A DNA stretch of 38,613 nucleotides from a virus (lineage: Duplodnaviria > Caudoviricetes): positions 1-38,613 of the IMG/VR virus record IMGVR_UViG_3300020042_005023. One strand, given 5' to 3'. The notes beneath the pieces were generated by a model, which was not told the origin of the DNA, searched no databases, and worked only from the letters and a program-made list of their open reading frames with translations. The position numbers were made by a program, and so were the translations under genes. Below, piece by piece: positions 17,308-27,321 of this stretch (position 1 is the first letter of the stretch; the number at the start of each line of letters is the position of its first letter).

Positions 17308-18449
17308 CAGCACACGCAAAGTTTGGCGCGTCCAATGCAAAGCGCCGCATGAAATGCCCCGGCTCACTTGAGGCCGAGGCTCCGTTCCCTAACGAGAGTT
17401 CGCCTTATGCCGAACTTGGTACAGCGGCGCATGAACTTGGTGAGTTCTGCTTAGTCAATGGGCATGAAGATGCCTTCGCCTTCATTGGCCAAGAGCATAA
17501 CGGCCACAAGGTTGACGACAACATGGCGCGTGCGGTTCAGGTTTACATTGACTACATCCGAGATGTGGCCGCATCGGAACCAAGCCTATGCCGCTATGAG
17601 AAACGCTTTAGCCTCGACAAACTTGATCCGCCCATGCCGATGTTCGGCACAGCCGACTGTATCATCTACGGCAAAGAGACTGGCACGCTTTACGTCATCG
17701 ACTATAAGCACGGCCAAGGTATCGCTGTTGAAGTCGCAGACAACGAGCAGCTTAAATATTATGCGCTCGGCGCTATCCTAGAGATTGGCGACAAGGCTCC
17801 AGTCAACAAAGTCATAACGGTTGTAGTCCAGCCACGCGCCATGCACCCTGACGGGCCGGTGCGGGAGTATAGCTACAGCCGTGACGACATCATGGACTTT
17901 GGCACAGACCTTATAGACGCAGCGCACGCGGCCATGAAGCCAGATGCTCCGCGCATTTCTGGTGCGCACTGCACATTCTGTCTAGCGGCAGGGACTTGTT
18001 CGGCCCTGCGCAACAACGCCCTTGAGATTGCACAAGACGAGTTCGGCACAGTACGAACCGTCAATGACCTATCTCCTCAAGAGATAGCGGATTTCCTGCA
18101 AAGGGTTCCGCTGATCGAGGAGTGGATCAAGTCTTTGCGCCGCCATGCCAACAATCTGTTGGATGCTGGCGCGGAACTTCCCGGCTACAAGCTGGTTGAG
18201 AAACGTCCCACACGTCGCTGGCGTGTTGAGGATGAGGTTGTGGCTTGGGCCACAGAAGAAGGTCTCGATGACGACGACATCTACGAAAAGAAGTTGAAGT
18301 CGCCACCGCAGATCGAGCGCATCGTTGGTAAAAAGAACTTGCCAGCATCGCTCGTCATAGCTGTATCATCCGGCACATCAATGGTCGCTGATACAGATAA
18401 CCGTCCAGCAATCGCTACATTAGCGATTGATGACTTTACCGTTGAATAA
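17304..18449 (+). CDS. DUF2800 Cas4-like PD-(D/E)xK exonuclease
   Basis: CPGS, GTAAH, FGTAD, IDYKHG, QL..YALG, C.FC..C cluster. Confidence 0.92.
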   Translation: MTAHAKFGASNAKRRMKCPGSLEAEAPFPNESSPYAELGTAAHELGEFCLVNGHEDAFAFIGQEHNGHKVDDNMARAVQVYIDYIRDVAASEPSLCRYEKRFSLDKLDPPMPMFGTADCIIYGKETGTLYVIDYKHGQGIAVEVADNEQLKYYALGAILEIGDKAPVNKVITVVVQPRAMHPDGPVREYSYSRDDIMDFGTDLIDAAHAAMKPDAPRISGAHCTFCLAAGTCSALRNNALEIAQDEFGTVRTVNDLSPQEIADFLQRVPLIEEWIKSLRRHANNLLDAGAELPGYKLVEKRPTRRWRVEDEVVAWATEEGLDDDDIYEKKLKSPPQIERIVGKKNLPASLVIAVSSGTSMVADTDNRPAIATLAIDDFTVE

Positions 18450-18459
18450 GGAAACACCG

Positions 18460-19020
18460 ATGTCCAAAGTTATTACACCCGAAGCAATCATCTCCTACCC
18501 GCATGTGTTTGAACCACAGATACCGCCCGGCGCGACTGAGCCAGTATATTCTTGCTGCCTTGTGTTCCCTGACGGCACTGACATGTCCGAACTCAAAGCG
18601 GTTGCGGCGTCTGTTGCTAAAGAAAAGTGGGGAGACAAGACCAAATCGTTGATGGAAGGCGGCAAAATCCGTATGCCTTTCCGCAACGACGGCGAAGAGA
18701 AGGGCTATCCTGAAGGCTCAATCTTCATGAACGTCAAGTCGAAGCAGGCCCCTGGTGTAGTCAGCAAGTTTGCTGGCGAGAACGGCAAGCCCGCTCCGAT
18801 TACTGATCCCAAGGAAATCTATCCGGGTGCAAAAGTTCGTGCATCGTTGCGGGCCTACGCGTACAGCGTGAACGGCAACAATGGCGTTGCCTTCTCACTG
18901 GGCAATCTTCAGAAGGTTGGCGACGGTCCCCGTATGGATGGCCGACTGTCAGCTTCAGATGAGTTCACTGCGTCGGAACGTCCGTCCGCAGACATCTCGG
19001 ACCTTGACGATTTGCTCTAA
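18460..19020 (+). CDS. DUF2815 single-stranded DNA-binding protein
   Basis: SYPHVFEP, PFRNDG, EIYPG, NNGVAFSLGNLQK.GDG, acidic tail. Confidence 0.92.
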   Translation: MSKVITPEAIISYPHVFEPQIPPGATEPVYSCCLVFPDGTDMSELKAVAASVAKEKWGDKTKSLMEGGKIRMPFRNDGEEKGYPEGSIFMNVKSKQAPGVVSKFAGENGKPAPITDPKEIYPGAKVRASLRAYAYSVNGNNGVAFSLGNLQKVGDGPRMDGRLSASDEFTASERPSADISDLDDLL

Positions 19021-19027
19021 GTGAAGG

Positions 19028-19064
19028 GAAGGGCCGGGGAGTTTGGAAGTCGCCCCGGCCCTTC
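19028..19064. terminator. Hairpin between convergent SSB and helicase genes
   Basis: gaagggccgggg...ccccggcccttc 12-bp stem. Confidence 0.6.
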
Positions 19065-20348
19065 TTAATCTAAAGCCTCAGAAATCATCTGGGCTTTCTT
19101 GGCTAGGGTCTTAGCCACAATCTCATCGACAGAATTGACAAGGCCAAACGTCCGCACGATGACGGGCTTTGTCTGGCCGATACGGTGGCAACGCTTAGCC
19201 GCCTGCGCGTTCACCGCCGGAACCCAGTCCATCTCCACAAACGCCACCTGATTTGCGGCTGTCAATGTAATTGCGGTTGAACAGGCCGTAATCTGGCCGA
19301 TGAATACGCGCACCTTCGGATCGGTTTGGAAGTTATCAATCGCCGCTTGACGGTCGGCTGTCGCCATACCGCCCGCGACTACCACAGGATTGAAGTCCGT
19401 TAGTCTATCGTAAAGCGTCTGGATTGCGTCGGTGTGGTAGGCAAAGATCACGATCTTGTCGTAGGCATCATCGGCCAATTCACCCGCTATCTGTGTGGCG
19501 ATGGGCGCTGCCTTGGCCGTACCCGTCAGCCGTCTTAATGACGCGATGTGAGGGGCAAGGCTTTCAATCTCGGAAGACAAGTCCTGATTGGTGAGCGAAT
19601 GCGCAAGGATCATATCGACGGCTTCGGCTTGGCGTGGGTCGTCGATGTGTTTCCTGTCGCTCCAGTTATCAATCTCAACGGGTGCGCTCTGCCACCAGAT
19701 TGGCGGTAAATCTTTCAGCACAACCTCGCCCTTGCGGCGCAGCATCATAGCCTTCAGCACGGTCTTGAACTCGTCCATGCGTTCGGCTTTGTTGCCAAGT
19801 ATTTGCAGGCCGAACTGTCCACTCCAAGTCTTGCAGAAATACGTTGTGTATTCGGCGAAGTTTAGAGGGTACTTCCAAATCGCTTTGAGATGTGTCCAGA
19901 AATCACTGACGTTGTTAGGAATGGGAGTACCACTAAGAAGCCAAACACGATCAGCGAAACGAACAAGCCCATCGCCGCGACAGTACTGACCATATAGATA
20001 CTTTGTGCGCTTAGCAGTACGGTTCTTGAGATAATGCGCTTCATCCAAGACGAGAACGTCTGGCTCAAACTTTGCGATTTCATTGCGGACCTCCTTCGAC
20101 TGGGTAATCTTATCGTAGCTAAAGACTTTAACTTCGCGCTCTACGATTCCCCACTTCTCGAACTCACGACGCCAGTTAATCTTGGCGATGGCGGGGCAGA
20201 TCACGACGACCTTTGTTAGGCCGAGTGTATCACATGCTGCAATAACTTGAAGTGTTTTGCCAAGGCCCTGCTCATCGGCAAGGAATGCGGCGGGGTTCTT
20301 ACAAAGAAAGTCTGCGCCGACTTTTTGGTAATCGAATAGGTGGTCCAT
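19065..20348 (-). CDS. SNF2-family SF2 helicase
   Basis: LADEQGLGKT, DEAH, LSGTP, QAAKRCHRIGQ. Confidence 0.94.
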   Translation of the reverse strand: MDHLFDYQKVGADFLCKNPAAFLADEQGLGKTLQVIAACDTLGLTKVVVICPAIAKINWRREFEKWGIVEREVKVFSYDKITQSKEVRNEIAKFEPDVLVLDEAHYLKNRTAKRTKYLYGQYCRGDGLVRFADRVWLLSGTPIPNNVSDFWTHLKAIWKYPLNFAEYTTYFCKTWSGQFGLQILGNKAERMDEFKTVLKAMMLRRKGEVVLKDLPPIWWQSAPVEIDNWSDRKHIDDPRQAEAVDMILAHSLTNQDLSSEIESLAPHIASLRRLTGTAKAAPIATQIAGELADDAYDKIVIFAYHTDAIQTLYDRLTDFNPVVVAGGMATADRQAAIDNFQTDPKVRVFIGQITACSTAITLTAANQVAFVEMDWVPAVNAQAAKRCHRIGQTKPVIVRTFGLVNSVDEIVAKTLAKKAQMISEALD

Positions 20349-20826
20349 GTTGTTCTCTCTCTCCAGCGTAACAAGCAAGAAGCGCAGCCTCTGCCCGTCC
20401 GTCGTCCTTTTTCCGTGCGAAGAGATGAGCGTAATCGGGGAACAACTCTTGCGCCCGCTGCCGACTACCGTCCTTCCCCCCGAACGTGCGCATAGACTTA
20501 ATCCAAGTCGCAGGCGGTATCAACTCAAAAGATACAGACAGGCCAGCAAGGACACCTTCGACGATACCGGCGGCACGGCCAAAGCTGAACATCGAGGACA
20601 CACCTTGGCCCGGCATGGCGTGAACCTTCTCGATAAGGGCGCTAATTTCACCGCCTACATGTGGCCGCAGGCTATCCGCCAGCATGTGCGCGTCAACCTG
20701 ATTGACGACACGCGGTCCACGCTTGACCTTTAGGGTAGGCATGTCGATGATGACAAGTTCTCGGCTATCCTTATCCAGAATAGCGACGGCTCCGAACGCG
20801 CCGGGATCAATGCCCATGAATTTCAT
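20299..20826 (-). CDS. RuvC-like Holliday junction resolvase
   Basis: GIDPG..GA, IEKVHAMPGQGVSSMFSFG, DDGRAEAALLA. Confidence 0.9.
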   Translation of the reverse strand: MKFMGIDPGAFGAVAILDKDSRELVIIDMPTLKVKRGPRVVNQVDAHMLADSLRPHVGGEISALIEKVHAMPGQGVSSMFSFGRAAGIVEGVLAGLSVSFELIPPATWIKSMRTFGGKDGSRQRAQELFPDYAHLFARKKDDGRAEAALLACYAGEREQHGPPIRLPKSRRRLSL

Positions 20827-20843
20827 GGGCGATGTATATAGTA

Positions 20844-20975
20844 TTAGAAGCTAGTTCGCAAGTTACTGCGTGGCCCCAAAGACTTACGGTGGCGAAGCCC
20901 GTCGGGTTTGTGGCGACGCTTTGCTTTCGGCTTCGGTTGCCACGACATATCTTTAGCGCCACTCTTCTTGGCCAT
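20844..20975 (-). CDS. Small basic peptide (43 aa)
   Basis: MAKKSGAKDMSWQPKPKAKRRHK...; TAATG coupling to the ejection gene. Confidence 0.55.
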   Translation of the reverse strand: MAKKSGAKDMSWQPKPKAKRRHKPDGLRHRKSLGPRSNLRTSF

Positions 20976-23629
20976 TACTCACCTTCGCTCATTTGAGTAG
21001 CACCCGCAGCCCCACCAGTAGCCGCAGCACCCGCAACAAACTGGTTAATCAGTTCAACCTTTTTGCCACCCGACGCTTGGCTAATCCGCAGAAGCAAATC
21101 GCGTGCGGGCTTGCTTTCGTAGAACCGCTTTGAAAGGCCAAAGCCAGCACTAAGGGCTAGGCCCTGTGGAACCGACAAACCAAGGAGAGTACCGATACCG
21201 CCAAACGCGCCCATTGTGGCAAGCGGCACAAGTTGTTCGCCTGTGCGCGGTAGGAACCGCGCCTCTTGCGCACGGCTGGTAGCGCGCAGAACTTCGGCTA
21301 GGCCCTTGACGCGGCGCATATCAGAAGCGCCAAAGAACTGTGAGAAGTTGTCCGATAGGCCCATGACTTCACGAGCAAATTTATTCGGGTCTACGTCGCC
21401 TGTTTCCTTATTCATCGCCCGCTTCGCAGCGTCCTGAATAAGCAATAGGCGGGCGCTTTCACGGCCATCTTTGCTGAGACTTGTGAATAGCGTGCGAACA
21501 TCCGCTGGTTTCGATCCAGTCAGCATCTTCGTAACGAGAGTTGGATCAAACTCACCCTTGTTTAGCACGTTCTTCAGCCCACCAACACGCAGTTCGTCCG
21601 CAGTACGGGCCAACTTTGTGTTTGCTACCTTCCAGAGGTTGAAGTCCTTGGCCGTGCCATTTGCCTTGATATAGTCACCCATGTCTTCATTGAGCGCAGT
21701 GTAGACTTTCTGGAATGCTTTCTCAGACTTATCTGGGATTGACGCAAGATTAGGGTCGCTCTTTAGATTGAATAGCGTTTTGCGGTTAGCTTCAATCTTA
21801 GCAAGATCACCCGGCCCCGTAAGGCTTTTGCGAACATCTTCAAGCTGGCGAATTAAGGGGCCAAGCTGCGTTGGAAGGTTTTCCGCTTTCAGATTGCTTA
21901 GCAGTCCATCAATGGCTGAAACTGATTTCGTTGCAGCAACGTCACCGCTACCAGCGAACTGCGCGATTACGTTCTTCTTCATAGTGTCGTAGCGGTTAAT
22001 TGTAGCCGCACGGGTCTGGTTTAAATTGCTCACAACTTCAGACGCAAGGTCGCTATCTACGCTGACACCATAGTCCGCCAGAAGATTTTCAACGGCGTTT
22101 TGCCGTGCGACTTGCTGTTCACGGCGTAAACCCGCCGTACCAAGTGGCATAACTTCACCAACTGACTGCGTAAGCTGCGCTATGCGGGTTGCAGGCGGCA
22201 TAACGTCACTAGTCATGACTGGGATATTGGCCTGCTGACCAGCATCAATGATTTGTTCTGGAAAGATTTGTTGACCAGAAAAACGACCAGCGGCTGGGAC
22301 GTTTGTGCGAGGCGCGCCAGTAAATGTACCCGGACCACCCGGCAAGAAACGATTGGCAAGCGCACCGGCCCCCAACGCGCCAACCCCGCCGATAGCCGCA
22401 CCTTGAAGACGATTACCTTCGCCAGCTTCTCCGCTACCGTACAGCGCACCGTATGCGGTTTCAGCAATAAGCGGCGCGGCTCCGGCAAGCCGAGTGCCAG
22501 CGAGGATGCCTTGCGCACCGCGAATGGCTGGGATAGTCGCCATAGCACCGCCGGTAAGTTCGCCGACAAATGAAGAGACAGGGGCTGTTTCGCGTAAATA
22601 TTCTTTAGTTTCCGGGGCCATGCCGTAGCCCGCAGTGAGCGCGTTGGCCGCACCACCGAAGTAGCCAGCCGCCGATTGACCGGCCTCAGTCTTCAGCAGT
22701 TCGCCAAGAAGACCCTGTACTGCACCTGTTTCGCCAGTTGGCGTAACAACAAACTGCATAGGCCCGCCTTGTTCCGCTGCCTTACGAACAACGTCGAGAA
22801 AGGCAGGGTCAATCTGACGACCGTAACGCTGCCCAATAAACGCTATTTCTGTAAGGATTTGATTTGGAGTTTTTCCGGCGTTAATACCCGCGTTATAGAC
22901 TTCCTGCATTTGAGTTTGTACAGCGCGGTCTTCATCGGTAAGCTGTGCCGCACCAGCCGTAGCCGGAGCAAGCTGACCGGGTTTAGCACCGGCTTCCGAA
23001 ATAACTGCTTTAGCTGGAGCCAGCGACGGTGCGAGAGTGATGCCCTGCTTATCGGGATCGCCACCCGCATCCGCTACAAGACCACGGTAGGTCTCTGCGA
23101 ATGTGTTGTATGACTGCGCCCGCGAACCGTAAAGGCTAAGTGCAGTGTTCATCATGTCGGCGCGCTGTTCGGGTGACAAACGCTTACCAGTGGCAAGACG
23201 GTTGTAGTAGTTACGAATTTGTTCAGGAACACCAGCCGCGTTCTGTACGCTGGCCTGTTCACCTTCACGGACAACCGAAGTTGGATCAAGTGATTTCATG
23301 AAGGTGAAAATCCCTCCAAGATCGGTCATTGCCGAACCTTCACCCTGCATGAGCGTAACAATCTGGCGGGTGGCGTTGGATACATTCCGGAAGTCCCTGA
23401 CTTCAGGGTTGCCAAGAAACTCTTTGCGATAGTCGCCAATAAGACCACGTTCGGAAGTCGCAATGTCGCGTATTTCACCCCGTTTGGCTCGGTCCTCAAT
23501 GTCGCGCTGGCGCTTCTCGTCACGCTCCTTACGCGCAGCTTCTTCAGCCGCGCCGGGGCCTGCTACAAAAGTGCCACCGCCGGAAGGCGCTGAAGGAGCA
23601 TACTTAGCAAATGGATTAGGTTCAGCCAT
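20975..23629 (-). CDS. Large DNA ejection (internal virion) protein, P22 gp16-like position
   Basis: 884 aa; NPFAKY start, DPTSVVREGE motif, Gly/Ala hydrophobic segments; last gene of the virion module. Confidence 0.75.
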   Translation of the reverse strand: MAEPNPFAKYAPSAPSGGGTFVAGPGAAEEAARKERDEKRQRDIEDRAKRGEIRDIATSERGLIGDYRKEFLGNPEVRDFRNVSNATRQIVTLMQGEGSAMTDLGGIFTFMKSLDPTSVVREGEQASVQNAAGVPEQIRNYYNRLATGKRLSPEQRADMMNTALSLYGSRAQSYNTFAETYRGLVADAGGDPDKQGITLAPSLAPAKAVISEAGAKPGQLAPATAGAAQLTDEDRAVQTQMQEVYNAGINAGKTPNQILTEIAFIGQRYGRQIDPAFLDVVRKAAEQGGPMQFVVTPTGETGAVQGLLGELLKTEAGQSAAGYFGGAANALTAGYGMAPETKEYLRETAPVSSFVGELTGGAMATIPAIRGAQGILAGTRLAGAAPLIAETAYGALYGSGEAGEGNRLQGAAIGGVGALGAGALANRFLPGGPGTFTGAPRTNVPAAGRFSGQQIFPEQIIDAGQQANIPVMTSDVMPPATRIAQLTQSVGEVMPLGTAGLRREQQVARQNAVENLLADYGVSVDSDLASEVVSNLNQTRAATINRYDTMKKNVIAQFAGSGDVAATKSVSAIDGLLSNLKAENLPTQLGPLIRQLEDVRKSLTGPGDLAKIEANRKTLFNLKSDPNLASIPDKSEKAFQKVYTALNEDMGDYIKANGTAKDFNLWKVANTKLARTADELRVGGLKNVLNKGEFDPTLVTKMLTGSKPADVRTLFTSLSKDGRESARLLLIQDAAKRAMNKETGDVDPNKFAREVMGLSDNFSQFFGASDMRRVKGLAEVLRATSRAQEARFLPRTGEQLVPLATMGAFGGIGTLLGLSVPQGLALSAGFGLSKRFYESKPARDLLLRISQASGGKKVELINQFVAGAAATGGAAGATQMSEGE

Positions 23630-23630
23630 G

Positions 23631-23933
23631 TTATTTCCCGATTACAACGTGCCAATGCGGCCCAGTGGCGTACTTGGATGGATTATTAACTTCGTCCCTA
23701 GCTTCTACAATATTGTATCCGGCTTGGCGAATGGAATTGATGTATTGATTGAACGAGACACCCGGAATTGGGGCGATGTCAACCGCGCCCCGGCTAGTGG
23801 CATGATACGAACGCGGGTTGGCCTTTGACAGTGGATGGCTTGGCCCGCGATAGCCTGAAGTGATACGGGCATTCGGGAAAAGTTCTTTAACTACAGACCT
23901 ACCGTCCGCGAAAACCGCCGGTAGTGTTACCAC
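23631..23933 (-). CDS. Peptidase M15-like Zn peptidoglycan hydrolase domain
   Basis: ITSGYR, SYH, AVD, HWHV; possible GTG start after GGGAGG, or a frameshift fusion. Confidence 0.75.
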   Translation of the reverse strand: MVTLPAVFADGRSVVKELFPNARITSGYRGPSHPLSKANPRSYHATSRGAVDIAPIPGVSFNQYINSIRQAGYNIVEARDEVNNPSKYATGPHWHVVIGK

Positions 23934-24669
23934 TACCGCCTCCCAGATATTGCGCGGCTGTGCCCTTACCAAAGATGCTCTCGAACTGTTCCGGAGTTCC
24001 CTTGCCGGAACGAAGGTCGTCGATAGCTGACTGTGGAATAGTCTGTGCGGCGGGGCGTTGTGCGCCACCGCTAGGCATAAGATCAGATGCCTGTATGTAT
24101 GTTGTCCCAGACGGGCCGGTTACCGTGATAACACCCTGCTCCGCAGCAACATTGCGGAGAATTTTCTGGGCTTCTGGTGATCCTAGTGGGATACCGGCTG
24201 CTTGGATTTTCTTTTCGGCGTCGGTCAGTTCGCGGCCTTTTTGCCGATTAATCATATATTCGGCCAACTGCTTGCCGTCCAACAACGCAACCATATTCCG
24301 TTCACTGGGCGGGAGCGAATTAAGGAACGCTTGCTCCTGCTGTGATTTCTGCTGCAACTGGGCAATCTGAAACTGTGCGTTCAGTTTATCCATCTGCTGC
24401 TTGCGTATGCCCTGAACAACAGCGGCTGGATCAGAAGCGCCACGGCTACCCGCAGCCTGAAGTACTTGACCAACCGCAGCTATTTTCTGGCCAGTTGATA
24501 GCGGACCAATGCCGCCGCTCATGAGAGCCTGCATATCTTGAACATACTTTGCCGTTGGCGAAAGCGGAGCGTCCATTGTAGTGGGCATAACAGAATTAAA
24601 AACCGCTCCGCCACTTGGCGAAGTGCGGTTTAATCCAACTGAACGCATTATGTCTTGGATTGCCGACAT
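23899..24669 (-). CDS. DNA ejection protein (P22 gp20-like position)
   Basis: 256 aa, Q/A/G-rich, located between ejection genes. Confidence 0.65.
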   Translation of the reverse strand: MSAIQDIMRSVGLNRTSPSGGAVFNSVMPTTMDAPLSPTAKYVQDMQALMSGGIGPLSTGQKIAAVGQVLQAAGSRGASDPAAVVQGIRKQQMDKLNAQFQIAQLQQKSQQEQAFLNSLPPSERNMVALLDGKQLAEYMINRQKGRELTDAEKKIQAAGIPLGSPEAQKILRNVAAEQGVITVTGPSGTTYIQASDLMPSGGAQRPAAQTIPQSAIDDLRSGKGTPEQFESIFGKGTAAQYLGGGSGNTTGGFRGR

Positions 24670-24673
24670 CTAC

Positions 24674-25519
24674 TTAACCACCTTTGCCGAAGAGTTCAAG
24701 GAGAGTACCAATCGTGGACGCAGCCGAACCAACTTGGCCCAGCGTTGACTGGCCGGGTGCAGTTGTCGTTTGCGTGACTGGGGACGGAAGACCCTGCGAA
24801 CCCATGAGCAACGTCTGAAGCTGCTGCTGCGGGAAGCCACGCTGTTCGAGGAAGTCCTTGTAGGCCAGATCGAGGTTTTGCTGAGCCATGCCGCGCTGTG
24901 CTTGGCCTGCGCCTTGAAGCATTGCAGCGTAGGACTGCTGATTGCCAAGCGCCTGTTGGCCGTAGCCTGCAAGAGCGGATGCACCCGCAAGCTGCTGACC
25001 CGGCAGACCCTGTGCAAACCCAGCGGCTTGCGTGTATCCCTGATTATACAGGTTCGCCAGCGTCTGGGCTGTATTCAAATCTTCTTCGCCCGCAAGCTGC
25101 GCCTCATATACGCCACGACGTTCGTTGCCAAATGCCCGCGAAGCAGCAAGCTGAGCCTTGGTCGCAGCGTCACGTTCGGCGCGGTTCTGTGCCAGTCGAG
25201 CCATCGTGGCGTCGATGACGTTGGTCTGGAACGGCGACATGAAGCCGGAGACATCTTGCTGGAACTGCTGCGGCGAGTAGCCTGCTGCACGCTGGGCTAC
25301 TTCAGTAGCCCGTTGAAGTTGCGGCATACCAACTTGGTTGGTGGCTGCACCAATTGCAGTCTGGAACGCCTGTTCTTCAGCAGGACGGAAGCCCGCGATG
25401 CGTGGCCCCTGATATGCCTGATACGGAATAGCCGCAACTTGCTGTGCGGCTCCATAGTTACGCGCCAGAATATCCTGAATGAAAGGATTTAACGCCTGTT
25501 GCGTAGTAGTTACCGCCAT
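24674..25519 (-). CDS. DNA ejection/pilot protein (P22 gp7-like position)
   Basis: 281 aa, Q/A-rich; PYQAYQG.RIA, FMSPF..NVID, AFG..R motifs; amphipathic tail. Confidence 0.75.
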   Translation of the reverse strand: MAVTTTQQALNPFIQDILARNYGAAQQVAAIPYQAYQGPRIAGFRPAEEQAFQTAIGAATNQVGMPQLQRATEVAQRAAGYSPQQFQQDVSGFMSPFQTNVIDATMARLAQNRAERDAATKAQLAASRAFGNERRGVYEAQLAGEEDLNTAQTLANLYNQGYTQAAGFAQGLPGQQLAGASALAGYGQQALGNQQSYAAMLQGAGQAQRGMAQQNLDLAYKDFLEQRGFPQQQLQTLLMGSQGLPSPVTQTTTAPGQSTLGQVGSAASTIGTLLELFGKGG

Positions 25520-25589
25520 TATAATCTCCGTGCGGACTGACCGCCTAATCCTTCGTTATTAACACAAAAATAAACGGATTGACAGCCCA

Positions 25590-25805
25590 TTAGACGTGCC
25601 GCGCTCTGACTTGTTCAGAATGTGAAACGTAAATCTCAACATGATGTCCGTCTGCATCGACTAAAATCAATCTAGCTGGCGGGTGGATAAACACGTCTTC
25701 ACCCATCGTATACTTCGTATTCATCGCTTGCTCGATCAAACGGTTACGCTGTGCTTCATACAGCGGGTCGTATTGCGCAGGGGGCGTGGGGAGTTTGAGC
25801 CTCAT
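25590..25805 (-). CDS. Small tail-associated protein
   Basis: MRLKLPTPPAQYD..., ATGA-coupled to the stabiliser gene. Confidence 0.7.
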   Translation of the reverse strand: MRLKLPTPPAQYDPLYEAQRNRLIEQAMNTKYTMGEDVFIHPPARLILVDADGHHVEIYVSHSEQVRARHV

Positions 25806-27283
25806 CGACGCCCACCTGGTATAGCATTGAGCCGCTGCGTACCAACCCGCCAATCAGCGTTGCTAACGCCAGTCACCTTCATCTGAATTTGTCGGCCATT
25901 GAAGCGGACAGATGTCGGGTTCGTCAGGGTATAGGGGCCGTAGGTTTGCTCGACCCCGTTTGGATAGTAACGCGAAGAGAAGGTCGCAGTGACTTCACCC
26001 TGATTGCGCTCATCTGGTATCATCTCGTTGATGTATAGGATGTTGTCGCCTTGGCCAATCTGCACCGGCCCTGTCTCGGCGAATACGCTTTCTGTGCCGT
26101 GGTTCATGCCAATCTCGTGGTCGTAGACAAAGCCGTCGTCCGTTACCATCAATGGGTTGGCAAACACACCACGGTCAATCCCAGCGGAGCGGCCCAGAGA
26201 ACCAATCGACCAGTTGTTCTGGACGTAGTTCCAAATCACATAGCGGTTGTTCTCTTGGCTTGAAGCGGACGGATAGAAGAACCACACCTCGTCGAACTGC
26301 GAGTTGTTGACGGCGTAAGCCTTGCTGATCTGCGCTTGGTTAATGTCGGAGAATACATAGTCCGACACTTCGCAGGGAACGGCTTTGATGTAGCCATCGT
26401 ACATGTAGAAGCCACGCGAACCCATCCAGACCGCGAAATTATCTTGAACAGCAATGGCGTTAGGCCCAGCAAGGCCGCAAGCACGACCCGCAAACTCAGA
26501 TGTATATACAAATGGCTGGCCGACATAGGAGACGACGTGCGCGTCAATGTCCGTAAGAACGAGGACTTGACCACGAACACGCTTGGCTGTGATAATTTTA
26601 CCACTTGTCTGCAACTCAAGGCTACCGGCAAGGTTCGTAGATGCTGCGGTCCAGATTGTGTTGTTCTCAAAATCGGACCATGCAATTTTACGCGGGTTGC
26701 CAGACGCACCAAGAGCAAACACGGAGCGTTCGTTAGTGACAAGAACGCCTGTGTTAGATACTGGCGCATTCGTTAGCGCCGCAGCTTTTGTCGGTGTTGC
26801 CGTGTCCAACTGCCACTCATAAATCTTGCCGTCAAAGTTAGAACAACCAAGGAGATACTCACCCCATGTGTCAAGCGTCCATGTGGTAGCCGGGGTGACA
26901 ACGCCAACGTCTGGGCGTGGTGTACCGTAGAAGCCCGCACCGTAAAGACCGACGCCATAGCCACCACCAACAGTAGCATTCGCGTTGCCGACAACAAAGC
27001 CGACAGGCGTAATATCAACGATAACGCTTGATTGCGTTATTGCGTAGAGTTTGGAATGCGTGCCAACAGAGATATAGCGGGTGCTGTTGTTAGAGCGCCA
27101 TGCAATCATGCCACGGGCTTTGCCGCTAAGAGCCGTAGACGTTCGAGCCTGCCATCCACCAACGGGACGCATCATCCCCTCAACCCAGCGCACAAGGTTC
27201 ACGTCATACCACCGGCCAGAACTATCTAGTTCGGTTCCGTTGCGGTATACACCCGGCGGGATACTGATAGGAATGAGCGCCAT
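25802..27283 (-). CDS. Tail/DNA-stabilisation protein (P22 gp10-like nozzle)
   Basis: 493 aa, beta-rich; PPGV, WSD.E...W, EVWFFYPS motifs; position before the ejection genes. Confidence 0.85.
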   Translation of the reverse strand: MALIPISIPPGVYRNGTELDSSGRWYDVNLVRWVEGMMRPVGGWQARTSTALSGKARGMIAWRSNNSTRYISVGTHSKLYAITQSSVIVDITPVGFVVGNANATVGGGYGVGLYGAGFYGTPRPDVGVVTPATTWTLDTWGEYLLGCSNFDGKIYEWQLDTATPTKAAALTNAPVSNTGVLVTNERSVFALGASGNPRKIAWSDFENNTIWTAASTNLAGSLELQTSGKIITAKRVRGQVLVLTDIDAHVVSYVGQPFVYTSEFAGRACGLAGPNAIAVQDNFAVWMGSRGFYMYDGYIKAVPCEVSDYVFSDINQAQISKAYAVNNSQFDEVWFFYPSASSQENNRYVIWNYVQNNWSIGSLGRSAGIDRGVFANPLMVTDDGFVYDHEIGMNHGTESVFAETGPVQIGQGDNILYINEMIPDERNQGEVTATFSSRYYPNGVEQTYGPYTLTNPTSVRFNGRQIQMKVTGVSNADWRVGTQRLNAIPGGRR

Positions 27284-27321
27284 TTAATTACCTGTGTCTA
27301 AGACTAAAGTTCTTATATCAC

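Noticed and set aside
17304-18449. Cas4 as part of a CRISPR system
   Set aside because: It is the standard DUF2800 nuclease in a polA-SSB replication block.
22700-24140. TonB-box-like strings in other ejection proteins (QFVVTP, VITVTG)
   Set aside because: Single weak matches expected by chance; not repeated.
24770-25492. 240-aa plus-strand ORF
   Set aside because: Antisense shadow of the ejection protein gene.
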